A stretch of DNA of 64,000 bases from positions 5,024,001 to 5,088,000 of the forward strand of contig OZ242195.1 of NCBI GenBank assembly GCA_965205975.1. The letters run 5' to 3'. The notes beneath the pieces are model-generated. The model was not told the DNA's origin. It did no database searches and saw only the letters and a program-made list of their open reading frames with translations. Shown piece by piece: positions 19,636 to 27,839 of this stretch; the stretch's first letter is position 1, and every line of letters starts with the position of its first letter. Position numbers and translations under genes: made by a program. This stretch comes from Candidatus Latescibacterota bacterium. Lineage in GTDB: Bacteria; Latescibacterota; UBA2968.

Positions 19636-20860
19636 GCCCATATCGACGGGCATAGCTTCCTGTCTCATCCTGCTGGTGCTCACCCTGCCCTCTGCGGCGG
19701 CTCCGGGAATTACTGATAGTACGATCGTGTTCGGGCAAACCGCCTGTTTCTCGGGACCGAACAAAAATTTGGGTTTGTGGTATCGAGCCGGCATTTTGAC
19801 CGCTTTTCAGGAACAGAACGATCGAGGCGGGGTGTATGGCAGGTTGTTGAGGCTCATTTCTGTAGATGACGCGTACGAGCCTGATCTGGCAGCCGCGAAT
19901 GCAGAGATGTTCGCTTCCCAAAACAATGTGTTCGCCGTCATCGGCGGCGTGGGAACGCCGACTGCCAAGCGCATTGTACCCGTGCTGCGAACGGCTCAGA
20001 TTCCCTTTGTGGGACCGTTTACAGGAGCCGATTTTCTGCGCGATGCTAAAAAGTATCCAAATATCATCAATCTGAGGGCTGGCTACTTTGACGAGATCTA
20101 TGAACTGGTCCATCACATGATTGACGATCTCGGCAAAAGTCGTTTTGGCATTATATATCAGGATGATGCGTTTGGGCGTTCCGTCTTGAGAAACTACAAG
20201 GCGATTCTCGATAGTCGCGAACTTCCCTTACTGGCGAAGACCTCCTACTCGCGGAACACACATGCCGTCCATGCGAGCCTGTTCGCATTGGATAAAGCCG
20301 ATCTGGACGCTATCCTGATAGTGGGAGCCTATGCCGCCAATTCGGAAATTATCAATCTGGCCAATTCTCTGGGACATAAATACATAATAGCCAATCTGTC
20401 CTTTGTTTTATCTCGCGAACTGAAGAAGAGGATCAATACGCTGAGTGATAAAATTCTGGTGACCGAGGTGATGCCCGACGCGCAAGACCTGAGTAGTCAT
20501 GTCGTGCGACAGTTTCAACAAGCTATAAAATCTTTACCGGAAGACCACGCGCACGAATTCAATGAAGTATGTCTGGAGGGGTATATATTGGGTCGATATC
20601 TCATCGCTGTGTTGGAGCGTATGGGCGGTGAGTTGACGGGCGTGCTGCCAACGTCATTGCCACAGGAATACAAAACAGAAGTGTTGGAGCGTATGGGCAA
20701 TGAGTTGACGCGAGATCGGTTCTTAAAAGATGGCATGTCGCCAGCTAAGCCTGTCGTGATTGGCGATTGGGTCATTCATTTCAAATCCGGTGAGAACAGG
20801 GGTTCGAGCTACATCAGGTTGACCCATCTGGGTGGCGGTCATTCTGCAAAGGGAGAATAA
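19619..20860 (+). CDS. Periplasmic binding protein, branched-chain amino acid type (PBP family 6), no cognate ABC genes adjacent
   Basis: Signal peptide; GITDSTIVFGQTACFSGP, NDRGGVYGR...DDAYEPD, VGTPT, IIYQDDAFG. GTG start at 19619 with AAGGAGA SD, overlapping the hflK end. Confidence 0.82.
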   Translation: MSLLNKPISTGIASCLILLVLTLPSAAAPGITDSTIVFGQTACFSGPNKNLGLWYRAGILTAFQEQNDRGGVYGRLLRLISVDDAYEPDLAAANAEMFASQNNVFAVIGGVGTPTAKRIVPVLRTAQIPFVGPFTGADFLRDAKKYPNIINLRAGYFDEIYELVHHMIDDLGKSRFGIIYQDDAFGRSVLRNYKAILDSRELPLLAKTSYSRNTHAVHASLFALDKADLDAILIVGAYAANSEIINLANSLGHKYIIANLSFVLSRELKKRINTLSDKILVTEVMPDAQDLSSHVVRQFQQAIKSLPEDHAHEFNEVCLEGYILGRYLIAVLERMGGELTGVLPTSLPQEYKTEVLERMGNELTRDRFLKDGMSPAKPVVIGDWVIHFKSGENRGSSYIRLTHLGGGHSAKGE

Positions 20861-20863
20861 TCC

Positions 20864-21355
20864 TTGAAGAATATAGACGAATTTTCTGTCGAAGAGATCG
20901 GCGAAGAGTGGTTGCGCGAGCTTTATAAGGTTGTTGCTCTGCGGCGCGGTACCATGTTCAGAATGATTACCGAGACAGCGCGCCTGTTGTTATTTGGCAA
21001 TGCGGGCGGTGCCGCGTTGATTATCGGTTTTATGAGTGCATCCACAGGTAGTGGTGAAGATCCCGCTTATCACTGGGCTTCCTTGCTGACACTGCTCATG
21101 TTTGCGGTGGGAACGCTTGGATCAGCTATGGCAATGATCATGGTCGCCGTGGTCTCGGTAAAAGAAGCTCACGGTGCGGAGAATGCATTGAAACGGTTTG
21201 TCGATGGCGAGATCGACCGAACACAGGTGATGTTTACGGTCGAAGAACAGACTTTTCGCCTGGCCAATTACGCCACGGCGTCCGGTGTGGTCAGTTCTGT
21301 GGGATTTCTACTTGGTGGATTGAGCAGTATTATTCTGTTGGTCCTGTTCTTCTAA
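20864..21355 (+). CDS. Hypothetical 3-TM membrane protein
   Basis: SD AGGGAG; 3 nt after the upstream stop; three hydrophobic segments (LLFGNAGGAALIIGFM; LLTLLMFAVG..; GFLLGGLSSIILLVLFF). Confidence 0.7.
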   Translation: MKNIDEFSVEEIGEEWLRELYKVVALRRGTMFRMITETARLLLFGNAGGAALIIGFMSASTGSGEDPAYHWASLLTLLMFAVGTLGSAMAMIMVAVVSVKEAHGAENALKRFVDGEIDRTQVMFTVEEQTFRLANYATASGVVSSVGFLLGGLSSIILLVLFF

Positions 21356-21480
21356 TAATAGTCTCGATGGTAGGCGTACTGAAAGTGCCTGTATCTGTTT
21401 CTTTTTTCCATCCATTCCAATTCTTCACACCCATCCTAACCCAGATTACCATTATGAGCCAGGTTCCGATTTAAACCACT

Positions 21481-22356
21481 ATGGATTTAAATTTTTTGCT
21501 CCTTTTGTTGGGATACTCCCTCGCTATCCTTGCCGCGTCTTTGTTCGGTGGATATCTGCCGACAATCGTTACGATGACGCATACGCGCATCCAGATGGTG
21601 ATGAGTTTTGTCGCGGGTTTCATACTTGGCGTCGCGCTGTATCATCTCCTGCCGCACGGTCTGGTATTGATTCCCGGGCCGGATGCTGTCGAAAAGGCTG
21701 TGGGATTGATGATGTTTGGCATCATTCTGATGGTATTGTTGTTGCGTATCTTCCATTTTCATCAACACGAATTTGGCGACGAAGCAGGTGATTTTCACCA
21801 CGATCATGACCACGATCATGTCCACGAGCATGAGCATGCCAGTCCCGAGAGCAGGTTGATCGGTGTTTGTCTGGGGTTGGGGTTGCATACGATGACCGAG
21901 GGTATTGCTCTGGGTACCAGCATCCGGGTTGGTGAAATACATGGGGGCGAAGCCGGTTTAGCGGGTCTCGGGGTGTTTCTTGCGATTCTTTTGCATAAGC
22001 CACTCGACGCGTTTTCCATTATCGGTTTGTTGCAGGCCGCTGGTCATAGTCTCCGCACTCGTATAGCAGTCAATATCGGATTCGCCATGCTCTGTCCGGT
22101 AGTGGCTTTGTTGACTTTTTGGGGGATTGGGTTTTTGGGACACTGGGAGGAAGAGGTGGTCGGTTATGTGCTGGTTCTGGCAGCCGGCGCGTTTCTGTGT
22201 ATTTCGCTGAGCGATCTGTTGCCGGAAATCCATTTCCACAGTCACGATCGCGTCAAGCTCACTGTGTGCTTCCTCATGGGGATTGCGCTTGCGTATGGGC
22301 TGTATTTTATTGAGTCCGGAGCGGTGCACGGGTTAGAGATGCACGAAATGCATTGA
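21481..22356 (+). CDS. ZIP family divalent metal transporter
   Basis: SFVAGFILGVALYHLLPH, His-rich loop HFHQHE...HHDHDHDHVHEHEH, TM4 LHTMTEG, TM5 LHKPLD, AGAFLCISLSDLLPE. Confidence 0.92.
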   Translation: MDLNFLLLLLGYSLAILAASLFGGYLPTIVTMTHTRIQMVMSFVAGFILGVALYHLLPHGLVLIPGPDAVEKAVGLMMFGIILMVLLLRIFHFHQHEFGDEAGDFHHDHDHDHVHEHEHASPESRLIGVCLGLGLHTMTEGIALGTSIRVGEIHGGEAGLAGLGVFLAILLHKPLDAFSIIGLLQAAGHSLRTRIAVNIGFAMLCPVVALLTFWGIGFLGHWEEEVVGYVLVLAAGAFLCISLSDLLPEIHFHSHDRVKLTVCFLMGIALAYGLYFIESGAVHGLEMHEMH

Positions 22357-22385
22357 TGCAATAAATTAAGAGACGTTTGTATAAG

Positions 22386-22420
22386 AAAAGGCGGTCTATC
22401 AGGCGATGGATCGCCTTTTT
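22386..22420 (+). terminator. Intrinsic terminator closing the metal island
   Basis: AAAAGGCGGTCTATC-aggc-GATGGATCGCCTTTTT hairpin (with G-U pairs) followed by a T run. Confidence 0.7.
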
Positions 22421-22442
22421 GCCAATCCATAAAGGAGACGTT

Positions 22443-23450
22443 ATGGGATCGATAAAGGCAGCAGTAGTGGGGCTTGGGTTGGGCCAGCATTTTGTTCGTG
22501 GGCTGGCTGGGCATCCGGATGTGGATAGGATTGTCCTGGTAGATCTGGACGCCGATCGAGCCGAAATGGTTCAAAGGGAGCACGACAAGGTGGATGCCGT
22601 CTATGAGATGATTGAGGTTATGCTCGAAAAGGAGCGTCCCGACGCGGTGTGTGTCGTGACCCCCGATCATCTCCATCGGCCACATTCAACGGTTTGCTTC
22701 GAGGCTGGCGCCCATGTGTTGCAGACAAAACCGCTTGCGACGAATCTCGAGGATGCGCGTGCAATTTTGGCGGCGGCGAAGGCGGCGGGAAAGAAAGTGA
22801 TGGTAGCGCACGAGCGCAGGTTCCGGCCACGCGTCAAGCGAATCAAAGCGATTCTCGATGCTGGCGAGGTGGGCGATCTGATCCACCTCCGTATCGATGC
22901 GATCCAGGACAAACGCGGGCAGTTTGCACGTTCGCCGTGGTATGCGTCGGTAGAGGCGGGTCGGAGTGCTTTGAACGGTTCGGGCATTCACGAAGTGGAT
23001 CTTGCGCGACATTACGCAGGCCTACCTGTCGAGTCTGTGTGTGCGTTCGCCAATCGGCTCGGCAATCTGGCGTTCCCGAGAGATAAGACAACCTCCGCCC
23101 TGTTCCAGTTTGCAGGTGGCGTCGTGGGTCAGGTCACGGTGACCTACGAGGCGCGCTGGCCGCGTTCGAATTCTCTCGATGATACGTTCCGAGTGGTTGC
23201 TTCTGAAGGCATGATTGTAGGACCACATGTCTATCGCGAAGGGGCAGAGGACTGGGAAGATCTAAGCGGTTTGGACAACAGTACAGCGTCGGGGATCACG
23301 GGGGCCGTTCATGCGTTTGTCGATTCGGTCGTGAACGATGTACCGATCGCGGTGACCGGTGAAGATGCCTTCGACTCGCTCGCGGCGGCATGCGCGGCCG
23401 ATACATCGGCCGAACGGGGCGAGATGGTGCGCCCAGAAACGCTGGGTTGA
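22443..23450 (+). CDS. Gfo/Idh/MocA family oxidoreductase
   Basis: AVVGLGLG Rossmann motif, DAVCVVTPDHLH, HVLQTKPLA, ERRFRP, GIHEVDL; ATG 22443 with AAGGAG SD. Confidence 0.9.
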   Translation: MGSIKAAVVGLGLGQHFVRGLAGHPDVDRIVLVDLDADRAEMVQREHDKVDAVYEMIEVMLEKERPDAVCVVTPDHLHRPHSTVCFEAGAHVLQTKPLATNLEDARAILAAAKAAGKKVMVAHERRFRPRVKRIKAILDAGEVGDLIHLRIDAIQDKRGQFARSPWYASVEAGRSALNGSGIHEVDLARHYAGLPVESVCAFANRLGNLAFPRDKTTSALFQFAGGVVGQVTVTYEARWPRSNSLDDTFRVVASEGMIVGPHVYREGAEDWEDLSGLDNSTASGITGAVHAFVDSVVNDVPIAVTGEDAFDSLAAACAADTSAERGEMVRPETLG

Positions 23451-23457
23451 CGTTTAC

Positions 23458-23560
23458 TTATGCCCGCCACAATCTGCCTTTATCTGCCTTTATCTGCCTT
23501 TATCTGCCTTTATCTGCGTCCATCTGCGGATAATGTTCTTTTTATGCCCGCCACAATCTG
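23458..23560. repeat. 10-bp tandem array flanked by 19-bp direct repeat
   Basis: TTATGCCCGCCACAATCTG at 23458-76 and 23542-60; ATCTGCCTTT x4 (23472-23511) plus two degenerate units ATCTGCGTCC and ATCTGCGGAT. Confidence 0.92.
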
Positions 23561-24795
23561 GGTACTCTGACGGGTGTTTCAGTTACCGGCCAGTATTCGG
23601 GGGGTGCATCTTCCCAATGGGGTACGGTGCGTGCATCTCGATCAAAGATGATTTGTCCATTGCGAATTGTGAGCCGACAGATCAGGCGTTGATCTGTATC
23701 TATCCGCGTATAGCCGCAGTCTTGAAATGAGAAGTTTCCCTTTTCGAGGGCGAGGACTGCAATATCCGCTTCTGCTCCTACCGATAGTGTGCCCAATTCT
23801 GGGCGTCCGATTGCACGCGCTGGCGTCGCGGTTGATCTGTAAATGACGTCTTCGAGGGTCATGCCCATTGCCAGACATTTTGACATGGTGTCTTGCATGC
23901 TGAATACGGTACCGGCAATATTACCCATGTGCAGGTCTGTGCTGATGGAGTCGGGAGCAAATCCATTGGCAATGGCTCGCGCGCCGTTTCGATACCAGAA
24001 ACTCGCGGCGCCGTGTCCCAGGTCAAACCAGATTCCGCGTTGTCTGGCTTCAAACATATACGGCTGGACGTTTCCGTTGTCATCTACTACGGGGAATTGC
24101 CTCGCATAGACATGGGTGTGAATATCACCTGGACGGAGTTTTTCGAGGATTAATGCGGGGTAGGATCGTTCGGGCGGACGCGGCCAAAAATCAACCATGA
24201 CGGGCATGCCACATCCATCGCCCGCTTCTACTGCTTTTTCCACCGATTCCCAGGGGGGGTGCATGTCGTCAAATGGCGCACTTGTCCAGTAATGTGCTGT
24301 TTTGATGCCGACGACTACTTCGCTGTGTTCGCGGGCGGCTTTTGCCGCGCCATCTACGTCAAAGGTCCGGATATCCTGCTCGGGCGCGCCCATACCGGGT
24401 GCAGAAATATTTACATAAGCCAGTACTCGCGTTTTTGCCTGTTCCATGACGGTGCGGCGAAAATGCGCGATTTCCTCGCATCCCGCGGTGCCCGTATCCA
24501 CGCATGTCGTTACGCCAGAATGTGGAAAATGTGCGTCTGGATTCAGGCTTGCACTGAAGAGGCCCTCTCCTAATGCTCGGGTGAAGTAGGCGTGGATGTG
24601 AATATCGATCAGTCCGGGCGTTACTATCAGATCTGACACATCTACCACATGGTCTGCTTCTTCTGCGGCAATATCCGATTCTATCTTTGCAATTTTTCCA
24701 TTTGCAATTCCCACATCGCATAATCTATTTACCTTATTGGCAGGATCAAGCACTCGCCCGCCTTTCAACAGCAGGTCGAATTTACCATCGGCCAT
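23542..24795 (-). CDS. Amidohydrolase/deacetylase family metallohydrolase (dihydroorotase-like)
   Basis: DLLLKGGRVLDP, PGLIDIHIH, GVTTCVDTG, GDIHTH, FDLGHG, SISTDLH, LGTLSVGAEADI. Confidence 0.88.
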   Translation of the reverse strand: MADGKFDLLLKGGRVLDPANKVNRLCDVGIANGKIAKIESDIAAEEADHVVDVSDLIVTPGLIDIHIHAYFTRALGEGLFSASLNPDAHFPHSGVTTCVDTGTAGCEEIAHFRRTVMEQAKTRVLAYVNISAPGMGAPEQDIRTFDVDGAAKAAREHSEVVVGIKTAHYWTSAPFDDMHPPWESVEKAVEAGDGCGMPVMVDFWPRPPERSYPALILEKLRPGDIHTHVYARQFPVVDDNGNVQPYMFEARQRGIWFDLGHGAASFWYRNGARAIANGFAPDSISTDLHMGNIAGTVFSMQDTMSKCLAMGMTLEDVIYRSTATPARAIGRPELGTLSVGAEADIAVLALEKGNFSFQDCGYTRIDTDQRLICRLTIRNGQIIFDRDARTVPHWEDAPPEYWPVTETPVRVPRLWRA

Positions 24796-24916
24796 GACTT
24801 ACCTCCAATCGCGTTTTTTGGAAATTCATCCTCTTGAGTATTATGTATCATAATCGTATATTTAACAAGAGTCGTGTCAACTGACCAATATATGAAAATT
24901 TCTGGGAATTACGCCA

Positions 24917-25738
24917 TTGCTTGCCTATGCCAAAAGATGTGCATGCGTTTTTTCGATTTTTTTGTGCATTTTCTTTTTTGCGACGTGCAACCAGACGTCG
25001 CCTCTTCCGGGTGAGGATTCACCCGCTTCTGAATCCGCGCTTCCGTCCATCTATACCTATACTGTTGTCAATACCTATTTACACGATCCCAATGCGTTTA
25101 CGCAGGGGTTGGTTTTTGAAGATGGTTTTTTTTATGAGGGTACCGGACAATACGGTGCTTCAACGATTCGCAAGATTATGCCTGCTACAGGCGCGATTTT
25201 GACGCAGAAAAGCATTGCATCCAATTTTTTTGGCGAGGGTGTCGCGATTTTTGGCGACCGCCTGTATCAACTTACGTGGAAATCGGGTATATGTTTTGTG
25301 TACGATAAGAATACGTTTGAGTTACGGGTCCAATTTACCTATCCCACGGAGGGTTGGGGGCTTACTCACGATGGCGAAAAGCTGATTATGAGCGATGGTA
25401 CGAATATTATTTATTTTCGGGATCCCAATACATTTAGGGAAATTGGGCGTATCGAAGTGACCGATAGCACGGGTCCCGTTCATTCTCTCAATGAGCTTGA
25501 ATATATTGAGGGACAAATTTTTGCCAATGTATGGCAAACCGATCGCATTGCCCGCATCGATCCCAATAGCGGTAAGATTACGGGCTGGGTCAATCTCGCG
25601 GGTATTCTCTCTCAAACCGATCGCTTGAATCACCGCGTTGGCGTGCTAAATGGCATTGCTTATGATGCTGCGGCTGATCGCATTTTTGTCACGGGTAAGT
25701 GGTGGCCCAAGTTGTTTGAAATTAAACTCGTGCAGTAA
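24917..25738 (+). CDS. Glutaminyl-peptide cyclotransferase (type I, beta-propeller), probable lipoprotein
   Basis: HDPNAFTQGL, EGTGQYG, FFGEG, YQLTWK, EGWGLT, SDGT, LNELEY, VLNGIAYD, TGKWWP; lipobox-like FATC. Confidence 0.92.
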   Translation: MLAYAKRCACVFSIFLCIFFFATCNQTSPLPGEDSPASESALPSIYTYTVVNTYLHDPNAFTQGLVFEDGFFYEGTGQYGASTIRKIMPATGAILTQKSIASNFFGEGVAIFGDRLYQLTWKSGICFVYDKNTFELRVQFTYPTEGWGLTHDGEKLIMSDGTNIIYFRDPNTFREIGRIEVTDSTGPVHSLNELEYIEGQIFANVWQTDRIARIDPNSGKITGWVNLAGILSQTDRLNHRVGVLNGIAYDAAADRIFVTGKWWPKLFEIKLVQ

Positions 25739-25837
25739 TAGTAAAAGAAAGGGAGAAGGGATGATGTAATCCGTTTGAAGTGTGTGATTGGGATATAGTT
25801 TAAAATAATTCTAAAATCCAATGAGAGGAAAAAACTA

Positions 25838-27820
25838 ATGCGGAAACGGCGATTCTACACCTGTGTAGCACAGGCTTTGATCTTTGCAAGCCTATCCATT
25901 GTTCTTTTGATTCAACCCCTTCAGAGCGCGTTACAATCAGGCTTCAATCCGGATTTTGATGGAAGCGGTGTTGTCGATTTTCCCGACTTTTTGCAATTTG
26001 CAGATAAGTTCGGGTTCAGTCGTGGCGATTCGGGGTACGAATCCAGGTACGATCTGAATGGCGATGGCGAGATTGCTTTTGACGATTTTTTGTTATTTGT
26101 CGGGGCATTTGGTAAAACAGTGTCTATGGAAAGTGAAGATGTTTTGCGTCCAACAGGGGAATTAAAACCCTGGCCTCTTTCATCCATTGTTTCGACTGGC
26201 GAGGTTCGTAATATGCCCATCGGTACGCCTGTATTTATGCGGACCGAATTTGCCAATGGACAGCTTGCAGATCTCGAAATGACGTTCATTCAGGTGGTTG
26301 ACGATTTTTTGCCGCCAATGCCCGTTTATATGGTTGAAGCTTCCGATCCCGTTTTGATACAGCTCGGGGGAATCGCTAAGGGTATGAGTGGTTCTCCCAT
26401 TTTCAATGAGCAAGGCACCTGGGGTGCTATTGCTTATGGTTTTAATTCACAGGATAGCCCGCCGTATTATTTTTTTGCGACACCGATAGAATGGGTGATT
26501 GGCGATAAGGGCGCGATTCCATTGACTAAGCGCACAGCTACCTGGCGAGGTAGTGGTATCTCTCCCCTGGTTATCCCCTTGCTGGGCACGGGACTTAATC
26601 GCATGCCCCAGCCAGATGATTCTTCCCGCCTGAGTGAGGTGATGTCAACTGGAAAAACACAGCAACATCAGATCAGTTTTGAGGCGGGTAGGCCACTGAC
26701 AGTTGGTTTGATGCTGGGCGAGGTTACGGCCGCTGGGCTGGGAACCATATCTTATGTCGATGGCAATCGAATATATGGTTTTGGGCATCCGATGTTCGGT
26801 GTGGGTGCGGTAGAACTGCCTATCATAGAAGCCGTGGTGCTCGGTCCAATATCCAATCTCTCTGCACCGTTTAAGTTTGCAACGCTGAATCCAACTGTGC
26901 GGGGGACGCTGACTGAGGACCGTTTGCCCGCGGTTCGCGGTGTGCTTGGCGAGGAGCCAGAATTGATACCTATCAAGAGTATATATACGTTTTCTTCAGG
27001 GCATGTGCTTGAGCTTACGCACAGGGTGGCGGTTGGTCTTGAACCCTTCGAGACCGCCGATCTCGTTGCGCAGGCTTTGTTCTCGCCTTTGGTTAATCGG
27101 GTTGAAGACGAGCCGAATCACAGTGTGCGTGTCAGGACGGATATTTCTTTTGTGGAGACAGATTCAATACTGGTTCGCTCTCGGCTCTATGTAGAGCCAG
27201 AAGGACGGCTTTGGTATTTGGCTGACAATGCCTCTGCTGACCTGAGAAGGATACTCTCGCAACTCATGACAAGGAATGATTACGCCGTGCAGATGCGCGA
27301 AGCAGAGATTCATGTTGATATATTCCCCGAATCTCGTTTTGCAAAGATAGTAGGCGTTGCTGCGGATACGGTTGCCAGTGCCGGGAGTACGTTGTCTGTT
27401 GCGACTTCGCTGCGCGTGGGACGTCGTGAGGACCGGAATATCGAGATGGCATTTAGCCTGCCCGATACGCTTCCCGCGGGTGTTTATGAACTCGAAGTGG
27501 GTTCTGTAGCGACATTAGGGCCAGATGCCGCTGGAGAAGGTGGCGGTCCTTTTGGGTTTTTTGATCCTTTTGGGCGTGATGAAACGCTTGAAGATTTTTT
27601 TGTTCGCGTGAATGGAATAGATGAAAATGTTATTTTAAAGGCGCGTTTGACATTTGTTATGCCATTTGAGGAAAGTGCATCGCCTGACAGTTTGCCAGAC
27701 CCCCCGCCGCGTGGTCCTCGTGGTATTGAGAACACGACTGCACCTGTTTCTATGGAGAAAGGTGTCGATTTATTTTTAGAAGGTTTTGAAACGCTTCAGA
27801 TACACGTGATGGGGAATTAA
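25838..27820 (+). CDS. Secreted SpoIVB-like peptidase S55 with N-terminal dockerin/EF-hand module
   Basis: Signal peptide; DFDGSGVVDFPDFLQF...YDLNGDGEIAFDDFLLF; GGIAKGMSGSP; GTISYVDG..IYGFGHP. Confidence 0.75.
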   Translation: MRKRRFYTCVAQALIFASLSIVLLIQPLQSALQSGFNPDFDGSGVVDFPDFLQFADKFGFSRGDSGYESRYDLNGDGEIAFDDFLLFVGAFGKTVSMESEDVLRPTGELKPWPLSSIVSTGEVRNMPIGTPVFMRTEFANGQLADLEMTFIQVVDDFLPPMPVYMVEASDPVLIQLGGIAKGMSGSPIFNEQGTWGAIAYGFNSQDSPPYYFFATPIEWVIGDKGAIPLTKRTATWRGSGISPLVIPLLGTGLNRMPQPDDSSRLSEVMSTGKTQQHQISFEAGRPLTVGLMLGEVTAAGLGTISYVDGNRIYGFGHPMFGVGAVELPIIEAVVLGPISNLSAPFKFATLNPTVRGTLTEDRLPAVRGVLGEEPELIPIKSIYTFSSGHVLELTHRVAVGLEPFETADLVAQALFSPLVNRVEDEPNHSVRVRTDISFVETDSILVRSRLYVEPEGRLWYLADNASADLRRILSQLMTRNDYAVQMREAEIHVDIFPESRFAKIVGVAADTVASAGSTLSVATSLRVGRREDRNIEMAFSLPDTLPAGVYELEVGSVATLGPDAAGEGGGPFGFFDPFGRDETLEDFFVRVNGIDENVILKARLTFVMPFEESASPDSLPDPPPRGPRGIENTTAPVSMEKGVDLFLEGFETLQIHVMGN

Positions 27821-27839
27821 TAATACTCGGGAGTTACTC

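Noticed and set aside
17116..20116. 327-aa and 288-aa minus-strand ORFs over hflC/hflK/SBP
   Set aside because: They overlap well-supported plus-strand genes and have no recognisable domains.
9361..22442. att-like direct repeats bounding the metal island
   Set aside because: I found no convincing shared sequence at the two edges and no integrase or tRNA.
23458..23560. Possible mini CRISPR array
   Set aside because: Only two 19-bp copies, the intervening DNA is itself a tandem repeat, and there are no cas genes.
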